A stretch of 64,000 nucleotides of DNA from Candidatus Micrarchaeia archaeon (GTDB lineage: Archaea; Micrarchaeota; Micrarchaeia; Burarchaeales; JAVZCV01), in contig JAVZCV010000002.1 of the NCBI GenBank assembly GCA_038874215.1, positions 53,624 to 117,623 on the forward strand, given 5' to 3'. A model generated the notes under the pieces. That model saw only the letters and a program-made list of their open reading frames with translations, was not told where the DNA came from and did no database searches. The translations under genes were made by a program, and so were the position numbers. Positions 27,893 to 37,648 of the stretch are shown piece after piece (the stretch's first letter is position 1; every line of letters begins with the position of its first letter).

Positions 27893-29895
27893 GTTTTTTC
27901 AAATCTTTTTATCTCAGCCTCATATTCAGCGAGCAGCCTGTTGTATTCCTCCTTTGATATAGAACCCTCTTCAAAATATTGGTGTTCAAGCTTTTTGATG
28001 GCTGCCTCCAAGCTTTTTTTTCTCTCTTTAGTCCTCCTTCTTTTCATATACCCCACGAGCCTTTTTCCCAAAAACAAAGATGCAAGCGTTATAAGAAAAA
28101 CTCCAGCACCGATAACCACCGAGTTTTCCCTTAGCACCAAAAATGCGTTTTTTCCCTTTACTTCAAATTTCGTATCACTGCAACCCGCGTTTCCGTACGC
28201 ATCCTCAACGCATACAGTCATGTTATACGCGCCCTCACTTTCTGGAATGAATGAGCCAACAAAAACACATTCCCCAGCCCGCTTCAACTCAAAGCTTCCA
28301 TTCCCTACATTCGCAACCGCACCCAGCCCGCTCACATCCCCGCACTCTGCGACAGCGACGATCGGCACGCTATCCCCAACAGCAAAGGCAGTTCCTCTCG
28401 GTTCATCCAACCTGACAGAGATATTTTTAGCTACAACAACAAGTTCAATGCCCGTTTCAACATTCATCGTCGTATTTTTTTCATAAACCGCCGCACGCAC
28501 GAGAAACCTTTGTTTCCCCAACGGTTCTCCAGCATGCAGCCTATAAAGCATCCCATATCTACCATCCTCCATGCTCGCCAGCTCAAAGCTCTGGTTTCTT
28601 GGGTTTATCATCCAAACACGTGCATCGTTCACATTATTGTCATTCAGCCTGACAACGACATCAAAAAAAACCTCATCCCCTCTCCGCACTACGCGAGTTA
28701 GAGGAGAAAGAATCTCTATGCTTGCATTCTCCTCCATTTCATAAACGAGCACATTAGCAGTAGCTCTTCCCGAATTCCCGAACTCATCCTCCGTTTCAAC
28801 AGAAACGCTCCATGCGCCAACCAAATCAACAAAGGTAGTATGGTAGAAGCCTGAAAAACTGCCGTTTTTAATTTCAATCACGCCCTCCACCTTTCCATCA
28901 GGCTTCACTATGCTCCAGCGCAGGTTTCCTCCAAAAGGCATTCCTCTTTTTTTAACCTTCCCGCTGAAGTTAAGATAGCCACCCCTCTCTACTTTATTAT
29001 CAACGTATAGGAAAACATCAAGCTCTGGTTTTATGTTCATCAAAAAATTCCCACTTCCCTGTGCGCTCAAGCGCCTTGCTTTGAGGGTTATCTGCCTTGC
29101 GCCAGCTGGCGCATCCCTTGAAATCTCAACCATGCCCCCAAAAACGCCATCCCGCTCACCCCCATCCCCATGCATACCATCGTCAAGCAATTTTAGAGAG
29201 CCAAAGAATCCGATTGCCTCAACCTCAAATCCAGCGGATGGAACACCGTCTGCAAGCACGGTTGCGTTTATCAGCGCTTTCTCGCCTCTCATAAAATATT
29301 CTCCGCTTGAAGGGTTATGAACATTGAATTTTATTGAAGAAGGGAGGCAATCAGCCCTGCACGTCCTGTAATTCTCGCCTCTCTCACAGAGCAGGTTGCC
29401 ACAGCACCCCCTCTTTTTTACACAAACACAGCCTGTGGGCGTGCATGCCGGCTCTTCACATAGGCCTCCGCATGCTAAATATGCGGCGCACGCCCCGCAG
29501 TCCTGCGGGCATGTGCATGCGTTCTCGTTTGGGCCACAAACACCATTCCCGCATTCCTCCACGCAGTCAGTTTTGCATGCACCGTCCTCCTCACCGCTCT
29601 CGCAAATCCTGTTCCCGCAGCAATTCGGCTTAAACTTAGGCATGCATTCACCACCCATGCATGCAAACTCTAAACATTTTCCTTCAGGCACATCCCCGCT
29701 GCATACACCGCAGTCTATGGGGCATGAGCATTTGTTCTCATTTCTCTCGCATCTCCCATCACCGCATGCGCCCGCACAATCTATATCGCTATATATAGTG
29801 CATTCGCTCGGGCATATTCCATCAAAATCTACGCAGTCCCCTGAAACCAACGAATAAAAAAGAAAGAGGATAAGCAGAAAAACAAAAAGCCGCAT
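27889..29895 (-). CDS. Cys-rich-repeat, membrane-anchored surface protein with SHOCT-like tail
   Basis: CGDGRCE/CGNRICE/CGNGVCG/CGNLLCE repeats, LLDDGMHGD..DGVF motif, TM, then YFEEGSISKEEYN. Confidence 0.75.
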   Translation of the reverse strand: MRLFVFLLILFLFYSLVSGDCVDFDGICPSECTIYSDIDCAGACGDGRCERNENKCSCPIDCGVCSGDVPEGKCLEFACMGGECMPKFKPNCCGNRICESGEEDGACKTDCVEECGNGVCGPNENACTCPQDCGACAAYLACGGLCEEPACTPTGCVCVKKRGCCGNLLCERGENYRTCRADCLPSSIKFNVHNPSSGEYFMRGEKALINATVLADGVPSAGFEVEAIGFFGSLKLLDDGMHGDGGERDGVFGGMVEISRDAPAGARQITLKARRLSAQGSGNFLMNIKPELDVFLYVDNKVERGGYLNFSGKVKKRGMPFGGNLRWSIVKPDGKVEGVIEIKNGSFSGFYHTTFVDLVGAWSVSVETEDEFGNSGRATANVLVYEMEENASIEILSPLTRVVRRGDEVFFDVVVRLNDNNVNDARVWMINPRNQSFELASMEDGRYGMLYRLHAGEPLGKQRFLVRAAVYEKNTTMNVETGIELVVVAKNISVRLDEPRGTAFAVGDSVPIVAVAECGDVSGLGAVANVGNGSFELKRAGECVFVGSFIPESEGAYNMTVCVEDAYGNAGCSDTKFEVKGKNAFLVLRENSVVIGAGVFLITLASLFLGKRLVGYMKRRRTKERKKSLEAAIKKLEHQYFEEGSISKEEYNRLLAEYEAEIKRFEKT

Positions 29896-29899
29896 CTGA

Positions 29900-30637
29900 T
29901 CACTTTATCCTTTCCTCATCCCTTATCACTATTCCCTCGTTTGTTATCTCATACGGGACTATCCTTCTGCAATGTGCAGACCACCGAAGCTTCAGTATTT
30001 CAAGCGCCCTCTGCCTTGTAGTGCCGTTCCTTAAATTATAAAACACAATGACTGCATCGGAGAGAAACTCTTCAACTCCAAGATGGCTGTATTTTTGCGG
30101 TTCTTGCTCCGTTTCCGTTATTGCGAATGTTATGGCGTTGTAGCCTGAAAGCGTTTTGAATAGATAACGAAGGTATATCCTATACTCCTCAATATTCTCC
30201 ATAAATGCGGTGGATAAGGCAGTCAGGGAATCTATCGCAACCCTTTTGGGAACAAAAGGAAGAGCGAAATCCCTAACTTTTATCATAAGCTTTCTCCTGC
30301 TTTCTGCAACCGCTGCTTCTATTCTCCTTGCAAGCTCAAAAGGATCAAGCATCAAGACTGCAAAATCCCCCTTCTTCTCCAGCTTTTCAATATCCCACCC
30401 ATAGTTCTCTTTCATATGAAACTTCAGGTTTTCCGTTGGCTCTTCAAAGGATATGTAAATAGCCTTCTCACCAATCAAGGCGCTATTGTATAACGATTGC
30501 ATGCAGAACGTGCTCTTCCCAGTACCGCAGCCGCCAGAAACAAGTATAACGCTACCCCTCTCTATTCCTCTCCTCTCTATCATGTTGTCAAAAGTTGAAA
30601 CTCTCGCAGGCACTATCTCAAAGCTCTTTTCAGCCAT
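29900..30637 (-). CDS. KaiC/RAD55-like single-domain RecA-family ATPase
   Basis: GGCGTGKST Walker A, ISFEE, YGWD, IDSL Walker B, LEILKLR. Confidence 0.9.
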   Translation of the reverse strand: MAEKSFEIVPARVSTFDNMIERRGIERGSVILVSGGCGTGKSTFCMQSLYNSALIGEKAIYISFEEPTENLKFHMKENYGWDIEKLEKKGDFAVLMLDPFELARRIEAAVAESRRKLMIKVRDFALPFVPKRVAIDSLTALSTAFMENIEEYRIYLRYLFKTLSGYNAITFAITETEQEPQKYSHLGVEEFLSDAVIVFYNLRNGTTRQRALEILKLRWSAHCRRIVPYEITNEGIVIRDEERIK

Positions 30638-30684
30638 AAGCGCACCACTTTATCTTTCTCTACCAACCTATTTACTTCTTTCTC

Positions 30685-31509
30685 TTAATATGTTGCCTCT
30701 ATTGCAGCCCCGAGCGCAAGCAAAACAACTGCAAGAATAACTAAAACTAAAACATCGACCACTATGCCCAAATAGTTGCACTTTCTCCCCATGCACCTGT
30801 GCTCTACTGCGAGAGACATTATGCCTCCTGCTATGCTCGCCACAAGGAAAGCCAATATTTCAAACACACCATGGGGTATTACAAACAAAATGCCTTCAAA
30901 AACGCCGTAGAGATATGCAAACGGATATGCAAAAAAGCCATAGTGCGAAAGAGACAACATACAACTCCTTATAGAATTCTCCATGAAAACACCAAAAACA
31001 GACGCATTCCATATAAGCAGGAAAACTGCGCCTATGCTGTACAAAAACGAAGCAAGCAGCATTAGAAACATAATTATTATATTATGTTGGAATATCGTAT
31101 CAAACCTTTCTTTCATAAAAATCCCTGACGTCACAGTTCTAATGCTCTGGTAGCTCTCTTTCTGCTCCTCAAAGAGCATCAGGGAAGCTTCTTTTGGTAG
31201 CACAGAAGCCCAGAATGCGAAAGACAAAGTCATGCCTATGAAAAAAATGCCATAGAGCTGTATAAGGCGCCAATGCGCTGAAATGAACCTCCTCCCGTTC
31301 TCTATCATCTTCTCTTCGCGCACGAGTATCCTGAGGAATACGACAACAGTCGGTATCGTGACAAGCGATACGATGAAAAAACCACCGCCCTGTGGATAGA
31401 AATAGAGCGCGAAGAGCACTGCGTAAGAAACGAATATGAAAGAAAGGATAACCCCGAGCCAAGGCTTTTTTTCAAGTTTTGAAATAGGCACTAGGTGCTC
31501 AAGGACCAT
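30685..31509 (-). CDS. SpoIIM/DUF95-like membrane protein
   Basis: IFQHN, WNASVFG, PHGVFE, AAIEA; polytopic. Confidence 0.8.
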   Translation of the reverse strand: MVLEHLVPISKLEKKPWLGVILSFIFVSYAVLFALYFYPQGGGFFIVSLVTIPTVVVFLRILVREEKMIENGRRFISAHWRLIQLYGIFFIGMTLSFAFWASVLPKEASLMLFEEQKESYQSIRTVTSGIFMKERFDTIFQHNIIIMFLMLLASFLYSIGAVFLLIWNASVFGVFMENSIRSCMLSLSHYGFFAYPFAYLYGVFEGILFVIPHGVFEILAFLVASIAGGIMSLAVEHRCMGRKCNYLGIVVDVLVLVILAVVLLALGAAIEATY

Positions 31510-31581
31510 TCTCTCTCCGCATTAAACTTGCGCTTGCCTGTATAAATCTTTTCTTATCTCCTCCACCGCATCTTTTGAAAG

Positions 31582-32598
31582 CTAATCCCTTATCCCCTCA
31601 GCAGTTACCCTGAATACGCATTCCCCTTCTGGCAGGTTTGGTGAATCAACAAGCCTCGCTATCCGCTTGTCTGCCTTGCTCCTGCGGAGATAAACTCTGT
31701 ATGTACAGTTGTGTGCTATCACATGCCCGCCTATCGGCTGCGTGGGATCGCCAAATAGTATGCTGGGGTTGTCCATGACTTGATTTGTGACATAGACTGC
31801 GAGATTGTACCTGTCTGCGAGTTTTTGTAGAAGGTGTATATGCCTGTTAAGTTTCTGCTGCCTCTCGCCAAGAGCGCTTCTCCCCACATAGTCAGTCCTG
31901 AACTGCGCTGTTATTGAGTCAACAACTATCAGTTTTATGTTGTGTTTTTTTATCTCATCATCCGCCTTTTCTATTAAGAGTATCTGGTGGTCTGAGTTAA
32001 TCGCGCGTGCCACGTGGATGTTTTTCAAGACTTCTTCAGGATCAAGCCCTTTCGCCTCAGCGATCATCTTTATCCTCTCAGGCCTGAATGTTCCTTCTGT
32101 ATCTATAACAAGCGCCCCTCCTTCAAGACCTCCCTGCTCTTTCGGAAGCTGAACATTGACCATTAGCTGAAAGCCGAGCTGCGTTTTACCGCTCGCAAAT
32201 TTGCCAAAGCATTCCGTAATTGCCTGCGTTTCTATCCCGCCGCCGAGAAGAGCATCAAGCTCTTTAGATCCCGTCGTTATCTTTCCTATAGTCTTTCTCC
32301 TCTCCATTATCGTATCCGCCCTCTCAAAATCCATCTTCAAAGCATCGCGCGCCCTTTCAATTATCTTCCTTGCAGTTTCAGCTCCGATGCCTGCCACCTC
32401 TTCAAGCTCAGGCGGAAAAGAAGCAGCTATCTTTTCCAACGTATCGTAGCCAGCCTCCCTAAGCTTCTCTGCAGTCGTTGGTCCCACACCAGGCAAATCT
32501 TCTATATCAACCACTTTCTCAACGATTTTTTCAACACTCTCCTCCTCTTTCTCTTCAATCTCAGCTTCCTCAACTTCTACATCCTTCTTCTTTCCCAT
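31582..32598 (-). CDS. radA: DNA repair and recombination protein RadA
   Basis: Hh[41 protein letters not shown]. Confidence 0.98.
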   Translation of the reverse strand: MGKKKDVEVEEAEIEEKEEESVEKIVEKVVDIEDLPGVGPTTAEKLREAGYDTLEKIAASFPPELEEVAGIGAETARKIIERARDALKMDFERADTIMERRKTIGKITTGSKELDALLGGGIETQAITECFGKFASGKTQLGFQLMVNVQLPKEQGGLEGGALVIDTEGTFRPERIKMIAEAKGLDPEEVLKNIHVARAINSDHQILLIEKADDEIKKHNIKLIVVDSITAQFRTDYVGRSALGERQQKLNRHIHLLQKLADRYNLAVYVTNQVMDNPSILFGDPTQPIGGHVIAHNCTYRVYLRRSKADKRIARLVDSPNLPEGECVFRVTAEGIRD

Positions 32599-32658
32599 AA
32601 ACCCACCACCCCTATATCTAATCGATTATTTTTAAAAGTGGGGAAGGTAACTTTCCAA

Positions 32659-33408
32659 TCAACAGGCATCAGCGCTCTCCCCCTCTTTATCTGCTGCATC
32701 AGCCTTTTTCTCCACTCTAATCTCGCCTTTTCCAACATGCAGCTCGCCGTTTTTCATATACCCGTTTTCAACAACTATTATGTCCCCGAAGCGGAGCTCT
32801 GCCGCTATCGGCTTATCCCAGACAACCATCGGTATTGAACCAGTTTCATCTTCAATTATGAAGTTCGCAACAGTATGTTCTCCGTTCCTATCAAATTTTC
32901 TCATTTCCCCAACTTTTTTTATCATAGCCCGTATATTCACAGAGCGCTGGTCCGTCAAATCGGCAACCCTAAGCATTCCGCCTTTTTTCAGCAAAACTTC
33001 CGCTGTTGAAGGAATCCTTATCTCCCCGTCCTTCATGTAAAAACTGCTAATCTCCACAACATCGCCAGGGGCGGCGTTCTTTACCACCTCTGTCTGCTCA
33101 TTCCACAGAACAACGATCTCTGTTCCGCTTGTTTGACCAACATTTTCATCAAGCCTTATCGCAACTCTCTGGACTTTTCCCTTTCTTCCGTCCCTCTCAA
33201 ACTCATGAAGCTCAAAAAGCCTCACTATTTTACCTTTAATCCTCTTCGGCTGCATTTCCTTTTGCCCAATAATCCCTTCGTCCTTTGCTATTATAGTAAG
33301 CGCACCCTCATCGCTTATAAGGTGTGCGTATTCCTCTTTCACTTTTTCCAATCTTCTCCCGAGTTCATCCTCCCCAAGTTTTTCAGAAAGCAGCTTCTTC
33401 AAATCCAT
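32659..33408 (-). CDS. OB-fold ssDNA-binding protein (RPA-like)
   Basis: Two OB folds (FERDGRKGKV..VLWN; DETGSIPMVVWD..ELHVG); start set at MDLKKLL. Confidence 0.85.
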   Translation of the reverse strand: MDLKKLLSEKLGEDELGRRLEKVKEEYAHLISDEGALTIIAKDEGIIGQKEMQPKRIKGKIVRLFELHEFERDGRKGKVQRVAIRLDENVGQTSGTEIVVLWNEQTEVVKNAAPGDVVEISSFYMKDGEIRIPSTAEVLLKKGGMLRVADLTDQRSVNIRAMIKKVGEMRKFDRNGEHTVANFIIEDETGSIPMVVWDKPIAAELRFGDIIVVENGYMKNGELHVGKGEIRVEKKADAADKEGESADAC

Positions 33409-33442
33409 GAAGCTTTTATATTCCCACAAAAATAAAAAATTC

Positions 33443-33994
33443 ATGCATCCAGTCGTTGATGGCATAAGTGTTATATATGGAGTGGGCTTTTCCTCAAACG
33501 TATATATAATATCTGACAGAAAGCGCACATTCCTAATAGACTGTGGGCTTACGAAGCCCCGCCTGAAAACTGCGCCCGCCTTCGTTGTCCTAACGCATGG
33601 GCACATAGACCATACGCGCGGAGTATCGGGTAGCTGGAGGACGTTTATACACGAGGAGGAGCTAAACTATGTTCATGATTCCAGAATCCCGAACAGCCTC
33701 CGAAAAATTTTCTACATCCCTAAAAATGCAGAGAAACTTGCAACACCCACCTTTGAATTTGGAGATTTTGAATTTGAAGTAGTTCACACACCAGGACATA
33801 CGATAGGCTCAGTTTGTCTATTTGAGAAAACCAACAGAATCCTCTTCTCAGGCGATACCCTTTTCAGCGATGGCGAATGCGGTCGCACTGATCTGGGAGG
33901 GGATGAAGGCATGATGAGCAATTCGCTACGAAAGTTAAGCTCCCTTAACTATGGGCTTCTCTGCCCAGGCCATGGAGAAATTTCAGAGCTATAG
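33443..33994 (+). CDS. Metallo-beta-lactamase-fold hydrolase
   Basis: THGHIDH, TPGHT, SGDTLF, GRTDL, PGHG. Confidence 0.92.
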   Translation: MHPVVDGISVIYGVGFSSNVYIISDRKRTFLIDCGLTKPRLKTAPAFVVLTHGHIDHTRGVSGSWRTFIHEEELNYVHDSRIPNSLRKIFYIPKNAEKLATPTFEFGDFEFEVVHTPGHTIGSVCLFEKTNRILFSGDTLFSDGECGRTDLGGDEGMMSNSLRKLSSLNYGLLCPGHGEISEL

Positions 33995-33996
33995 CC

Positions 33997-35046
33997 TCAC
34001 GGTTTGCATCTTCCTTCACCGCATCCTTTTGGGCAGAAAACGACGCTGCGCCCAAGCCTGAAATCATCAGCGCAGTAGTACTCAGTCAATTCGCTCGTCC
34101 TCCAATCGCACGCATCAACATACGTTCTCCTGCCTATCATAACATGTCCCATCGCATAAATATCATAACCACTTCCATTACAGTATTCTATAATCGTTGG
34201 TGTCGGCGCATGCTGTTTCCCTGCAATGCTATCAAACAAATCAGCAAAATACCTCCATAACCAGAAAAGGAAAAACCTCAATGATTGGTAGTAGCCGAGC
34301 GGGGTATACCCCCACCCCCCACTCCACAACGCACCCAAAAATTCACGAGAGCTCTCATTAGAGCGCACTATTCTCTCCAAAATTCTCTCGCTTATATACA
34401 GATTGACCGTCGGGTTTGCGATAGGGCCTGCCTTGTAATCCTCAAGCTTACCGTACCTAACGACCGCCCCATACTCTTCCACGGTCCCGTTCTCCTGTTG
34501 CAAGTATATGTTAATCCTGTCATTCCCGAATATTTCCGAGAAATAGGAGGAATTAAGAAATGCCATAAGCGTTCTGTTTACTGTGCTTGCCTTCTCTATG
34601 CATCCCCTGCTTGTGCATACCTCACTATAATCACAAAATCTCCTACTGCTCCATTCCAAGCAGTAATCCGAATCGTAGTCCCCACATATCCTATACGAAG
34701 CCGAATCCATACATGCCCAATCAAAAGGGATGCATTCGTCAGTGCATTTATACTCATATGTCCTATTGCATTCGCTGTTGTCCGGTCCGCTTATATATGT
34801 GGAGGTTTTGTTGCAATCGGCATAAATACCGCAGTCTACACCGCAAACAATAAAATCAGAAGAGCATGAGATTACCGAAACAGATTCATTCAATATAGAG
34901 ACAGCATACCTACAATAAAGCCCAACCTCATTAATCCGAGAGCAGTTTACCTTTGCAACCGTGTTGTCAAAAATGCACTTCTGCATAGCCGCAGGAGCAG
35001 CGATTACAAGTGAGAAAATAAAAAAGGCAAGAAGTATTAAGCGCAT
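33997..35046 (-). CDS. Secreted Cys-rich hypothetical protein
   Basis: Signal peptide, CGDYDSDYCLEW and LTEYYC..CPKGCGEGRC Cys modules, central alpha/beta domain. Confidence 0.7.
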   Translation of the reverse strand: MRLILLAFFIFSLVIAAPAAMQKCIFDNTVAKVNCSRINEVGLYCRYAVSILNESVSVISCSSDFIVCGVDCGIYADCNKTSTYISGPDNSECNRTYEYKCTDECIPFDWACMDSASYRICGDYDSDYCLEWSSRRFCDYSEVCTSRGCIEKASTVNRTLMAFLNSSYFSEIFGNDRINIYLQQENGTVEEYGAVVRYGKLEDYKAGPIANPTVNLYISERILERIVRSNESSREFLGALWSGGWGYTPLGYYQSLRFFLFWLWRYFADLFDSIAGKQHAPTPTIIEYCNGSGYDIYAMGHVMIGRRTYVDACDWRTSELTEYYCADDFRLGRSVVFCPKGCGEGRCKP

Positions 35047-35098
35047 ATTACCCTATTTTAATATTTTCTTTTTAATTCTATACTCGCGGAGGGCGTCC

Positions 35099-36031
35099 AT
35101 GAATTATCTTGTTACTGGCGCAACGGGTAGGATAGGCAGGCATCTCGTCCAGAAGCTTGTAAGCGAAGGCAAAAGCGTCCGCGTTCTCATAAGGAACGAG
35201 GGACAGGCGATTTTCATGCCGAAAGGCGCAACACCTGTCTACGGTGATATACGAACATATAGGATAGATGAAGACGTAGATGTTGTTTTTCATCTTGCCG
35301 CACTCGTCAACCACGATGCACCACTCGAAAAGCTTCTGGATATAAATGTAAATGGGACGAAGAACCTTCTTGCAAGCTGCAAGAACGTAAAGCGCTTCAT
35401 ATTCTGTAGTACGATATCCGTATATGGGAAAAAATTGAAGGAGAAGCCCGCAAACGAGAACACGGAATGCGGTGCAAAAGACCCGTATGGGAAGTCAAAA
35501 CTGCTTGCAGAAAAAGAAGTGATAAATTCTGCTGTTGAATGGTCAATACTCCGCCCAGGCGTAGTTTATGGCGTCGGTTTTGACGAAGGCTTCATACCTG
35601 CCCTTGAACTTCTTGAAAAAGGCAGAATGCCTTTAATAGGAAGCGGCGATAACCACATCCCTCTCATCCATGTTTCAGATGTTGTAAACGCCCTCATTCT
35701 CCTATCTGAAAGCGAAAAATCCAAAAACGATATATTTGTTGCCGTTGGCGAGGAGCAAAAAACACAGCGCGAGCTTTTTGAAATCGCATGCAAGTACCTA
35801 AATGTGCCACCACCTAAGAGGAGCGTGCCAATCTGGCTTGCGCGCGCATTTGCCCTTTATTTTGAGCTCTTTTCCAAGAAGCCCAGAATAACACGAAGCC
35901 AGATAGATACAATAACTGCGGACAGGGTTTTTGACATATCAAAAATAAAGTCAATAGGCTACAAACAATCAGTTCCGCTTGAAGAGGGTATACACGAGAT
36001 GGTTGAATATTACAGGAGAGGGAGAGACTAG
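35099..36031 (+). CDS. NAD-dependent epimerase/dehydratase (3-beta-HSD-like extended SDR)
   Basis: TGATGRIG, HLAA, YGKSK, RPGVVYG; start set at MNYLVTG. Confidence 0.9.
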   Translation: MNYLVTGATGRIGRHLVQKLVSEGKSVRVLIRNEGQAIFMPKGATPVYGDIRTYRIDEDVDVVFHLAALVNHDAPLEKLLDINVNGTKNLLASCKNVKRFIFCSTISVYGKKLKEKPANENTECGAKDPYGKSKLLAEKEVINSAVEWSILRPGVVYGVGFDEGFIPALELLEKGRMPLIGSGDNHIPLIHVSDVVNALILLSESEKSKNDIFVAVGEEQKTQRELFEIACKYLNVPPPKRSVPIWLARAFALYFELFSKKPRITRSQIDTITADRVFDISKIKSIGYKQSVPLEEGIHEMVEYYRRGRD

Positions 36032-36624
36032 ACTGCGAGAGCCCATAATGCCCTCTCAGCGTCCTTCAAGTCATCCGCATACACAAGAGCGACTGTATCT
36101 CCCTCTTGAACCTCAATTTTGCTCAACAAATTTTCCACGGTTTTCAAATACCGCCTGTTTGTTTCATCATCTATATCGGATAGAAAAGGTTCTTTCCCTA
36201 TTTTTATGAAGGTTGCACCATACGCACCACACCGCACAGCGGTATCGCGCGCCACGAATGTCTGCCCTATATCTTTACATATAACCCCTACAACCGCATT
36301 TTTATTAAAAGTCAGTTCATTTCCCCTAATCGTGTTGATTCCCCTAACGAAGCGCTTCATCCTACTCAATACTCTCTTCCCCTTTTTCGTTAACCTGACA
36401 CCTCTTTTGTCAATCAAAATAAGACTGTTTTTCAAAAGCAAATTCAAAATAGTCCTTACGCTTCCTTCCCCGACGCCAAGTTCCCACGCGAGCTTTTTTC
36501 TACCCATACTCCTCTTATGCAGTTTGTAGATCGCTCGGTACACATCATAAATGAGAAATTTTCTGCGCGGCCCATACTTGTTTTCTACTGCCCTTAGACC
36601 ACAGAAAAACCCCTCTTTTCTCAT
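36028..36624 (-). CDS. Winged-HTH protein, DUF4443-like
   Basis: MGRKKLAWELGVGEGSVRTIL HTH, LTKKG wing, RDTAVRCGAYGAT. Confidence 0.75.
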   Translation of the reverse strand: MRKEGFFCGLRAVENKYGPRRKFLIYDVYRAIYKLHKRSMGRKKLAWELGVGEGSVRTILNLLLKNSLILIDKRGVRLTKKGKRVLSRMKRFVRGINTIRGNELTFNKNAVVGVICKDIGQTFVARDTAVRCGAYGATFIKIGKEPFLSDIDDETNRRYLKTVENLLSKIEVQEGDTVALVYADDLKDAERALWALAV

Positions 36625-36679
36625 GCGGATGGATGTATCTAAAAAATTATATAAACATGTTGGATGATTCATCCAACAC

Positions 36680-37648
36680 ATGAAGAAGAATCTATTCGTT
36701 TTTACATTGCTTCTCCTGCCCCTCATTGTCAATGCGGGAAAGGTTGGCGTAGTTGTTGATGATGGAACAAGAGTGCTTACGAGATGCGTTAGTTTTAGCG
36801 GTCCTACAACACCCTTGCAAATTCTGCGCAATTCTGGCCTGAACATAGTAGTGCATGAAGACCCGAGCTGGGGCATCGCCCTCTGCAAGATAGGCAGTGT
36901 TGGCTGCCCTTCGGATAACTGTTTCAACTGCAATCCCCCCTACTACTGGGCTTTCTCAAGAATGGAAAACGGCGTTTGGGTGCATGCAACTGCGGGCGTA
37001 GCATGCTATAATGACCCGCCGAGCACTGGTCTTTGGGGAAAATGTCCTGATGAACCGAAGAACTCCTCCCCCATTATATACGATGGGGCAATAATTGGTT
37101 TCAAGTGGGTTGATTGGAATGCATGGCCTGCCCCACAACCACCTTTGTACAGCTTTGAAGAAATATGTCCCCCCGCTGTCAGCGAATCCTACTTTGAGGA
37201 TGCGCATCACTTCAACATGAGCGTTAATTTCACATGCGCTGGAGAACCCGCAAAAATAACTGTGCTTGAAGGCACCACGCCTATACAGTCCCCCAGTCTG
37301 CTGATTGAAAGCGATAAGTTCGGAATAATAAATGGTGCGTATGTGAAGTTGTTCAGAAAATCGGGATGGTGGGTGCTTGAGAAAGCGGGCGAAACCGACG
37401 AGAATGGAACCTTTGTTTTCACGCCAAAGAGCGGCATTTACACCATAGATGTGAGTAAAAGAGGCTTCATACCTACAAGCAAATTCATAGTTGTTGAAGA
37501 ATGCAACCTGAAACAACACGTACCAGAGCAACCGAGTAGCAGTGGCCAACTTGAAGTCGTAGGGCTTAAAAAATCAAAAAGAGAGGAAATAGACAAAGAA
37601 GTTATCGCGCAAATGCTCTCACTCGTTTTTCATTTCTTCCTGCGCTGA
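36680..37648 (+). CDS. Secreted hypothetical protein (DUF4430-like N-terminal domain plus beta-sandwich)
   Basis: Signal peptide; ALCKIGSVGCP..YW...GV..DG..GFKW pattern; TDENGTFVF. Confidence 0.6.
   Translation: MKKNLFVFTLLLLPLIVNAGKVGVVVDDGTRVLTRCVSFSGPTTPLQILRNSGLNIVVHEDPSWGIALCKIGSVGCPSDNCFNCNPPYYWAFSRMENGVWVHATAGVACYNDPPSTGLWGKCPDEPKNSSPIIYDGAIIGFKWVDWNAWPAPQPPLYSFEEICPPAVSESYFEDAHHFNMSVNFTCAGEPAKITVLEGTTPIQSPSLLIESDKFGIINGAYVKLFRKSGWWVLEKAGETDENGTFVFTPKSGIYTIDVSKRGFIPTSKFIVVEECNLKQHVPEQPSSSGQLEVVGLKKSKREEIDKEVIAQMLSLVFHFFLR

Noticed and set aside
29900-30637. Circadian clock KaiC
   Set aside because: Single domain, no KaiA/KaiB nearby, and it lacks the paired S/T phosphosites; a generic archaeal KaiC-like ATPase
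36625-36933. N-terminal extensions in the ORF track (also 16220-16408, 33409-33606, 34961-35098, 21271-21363)
   Set aside because: They overlap divergent genes and promoters; internal starts fit the domain boundaries better
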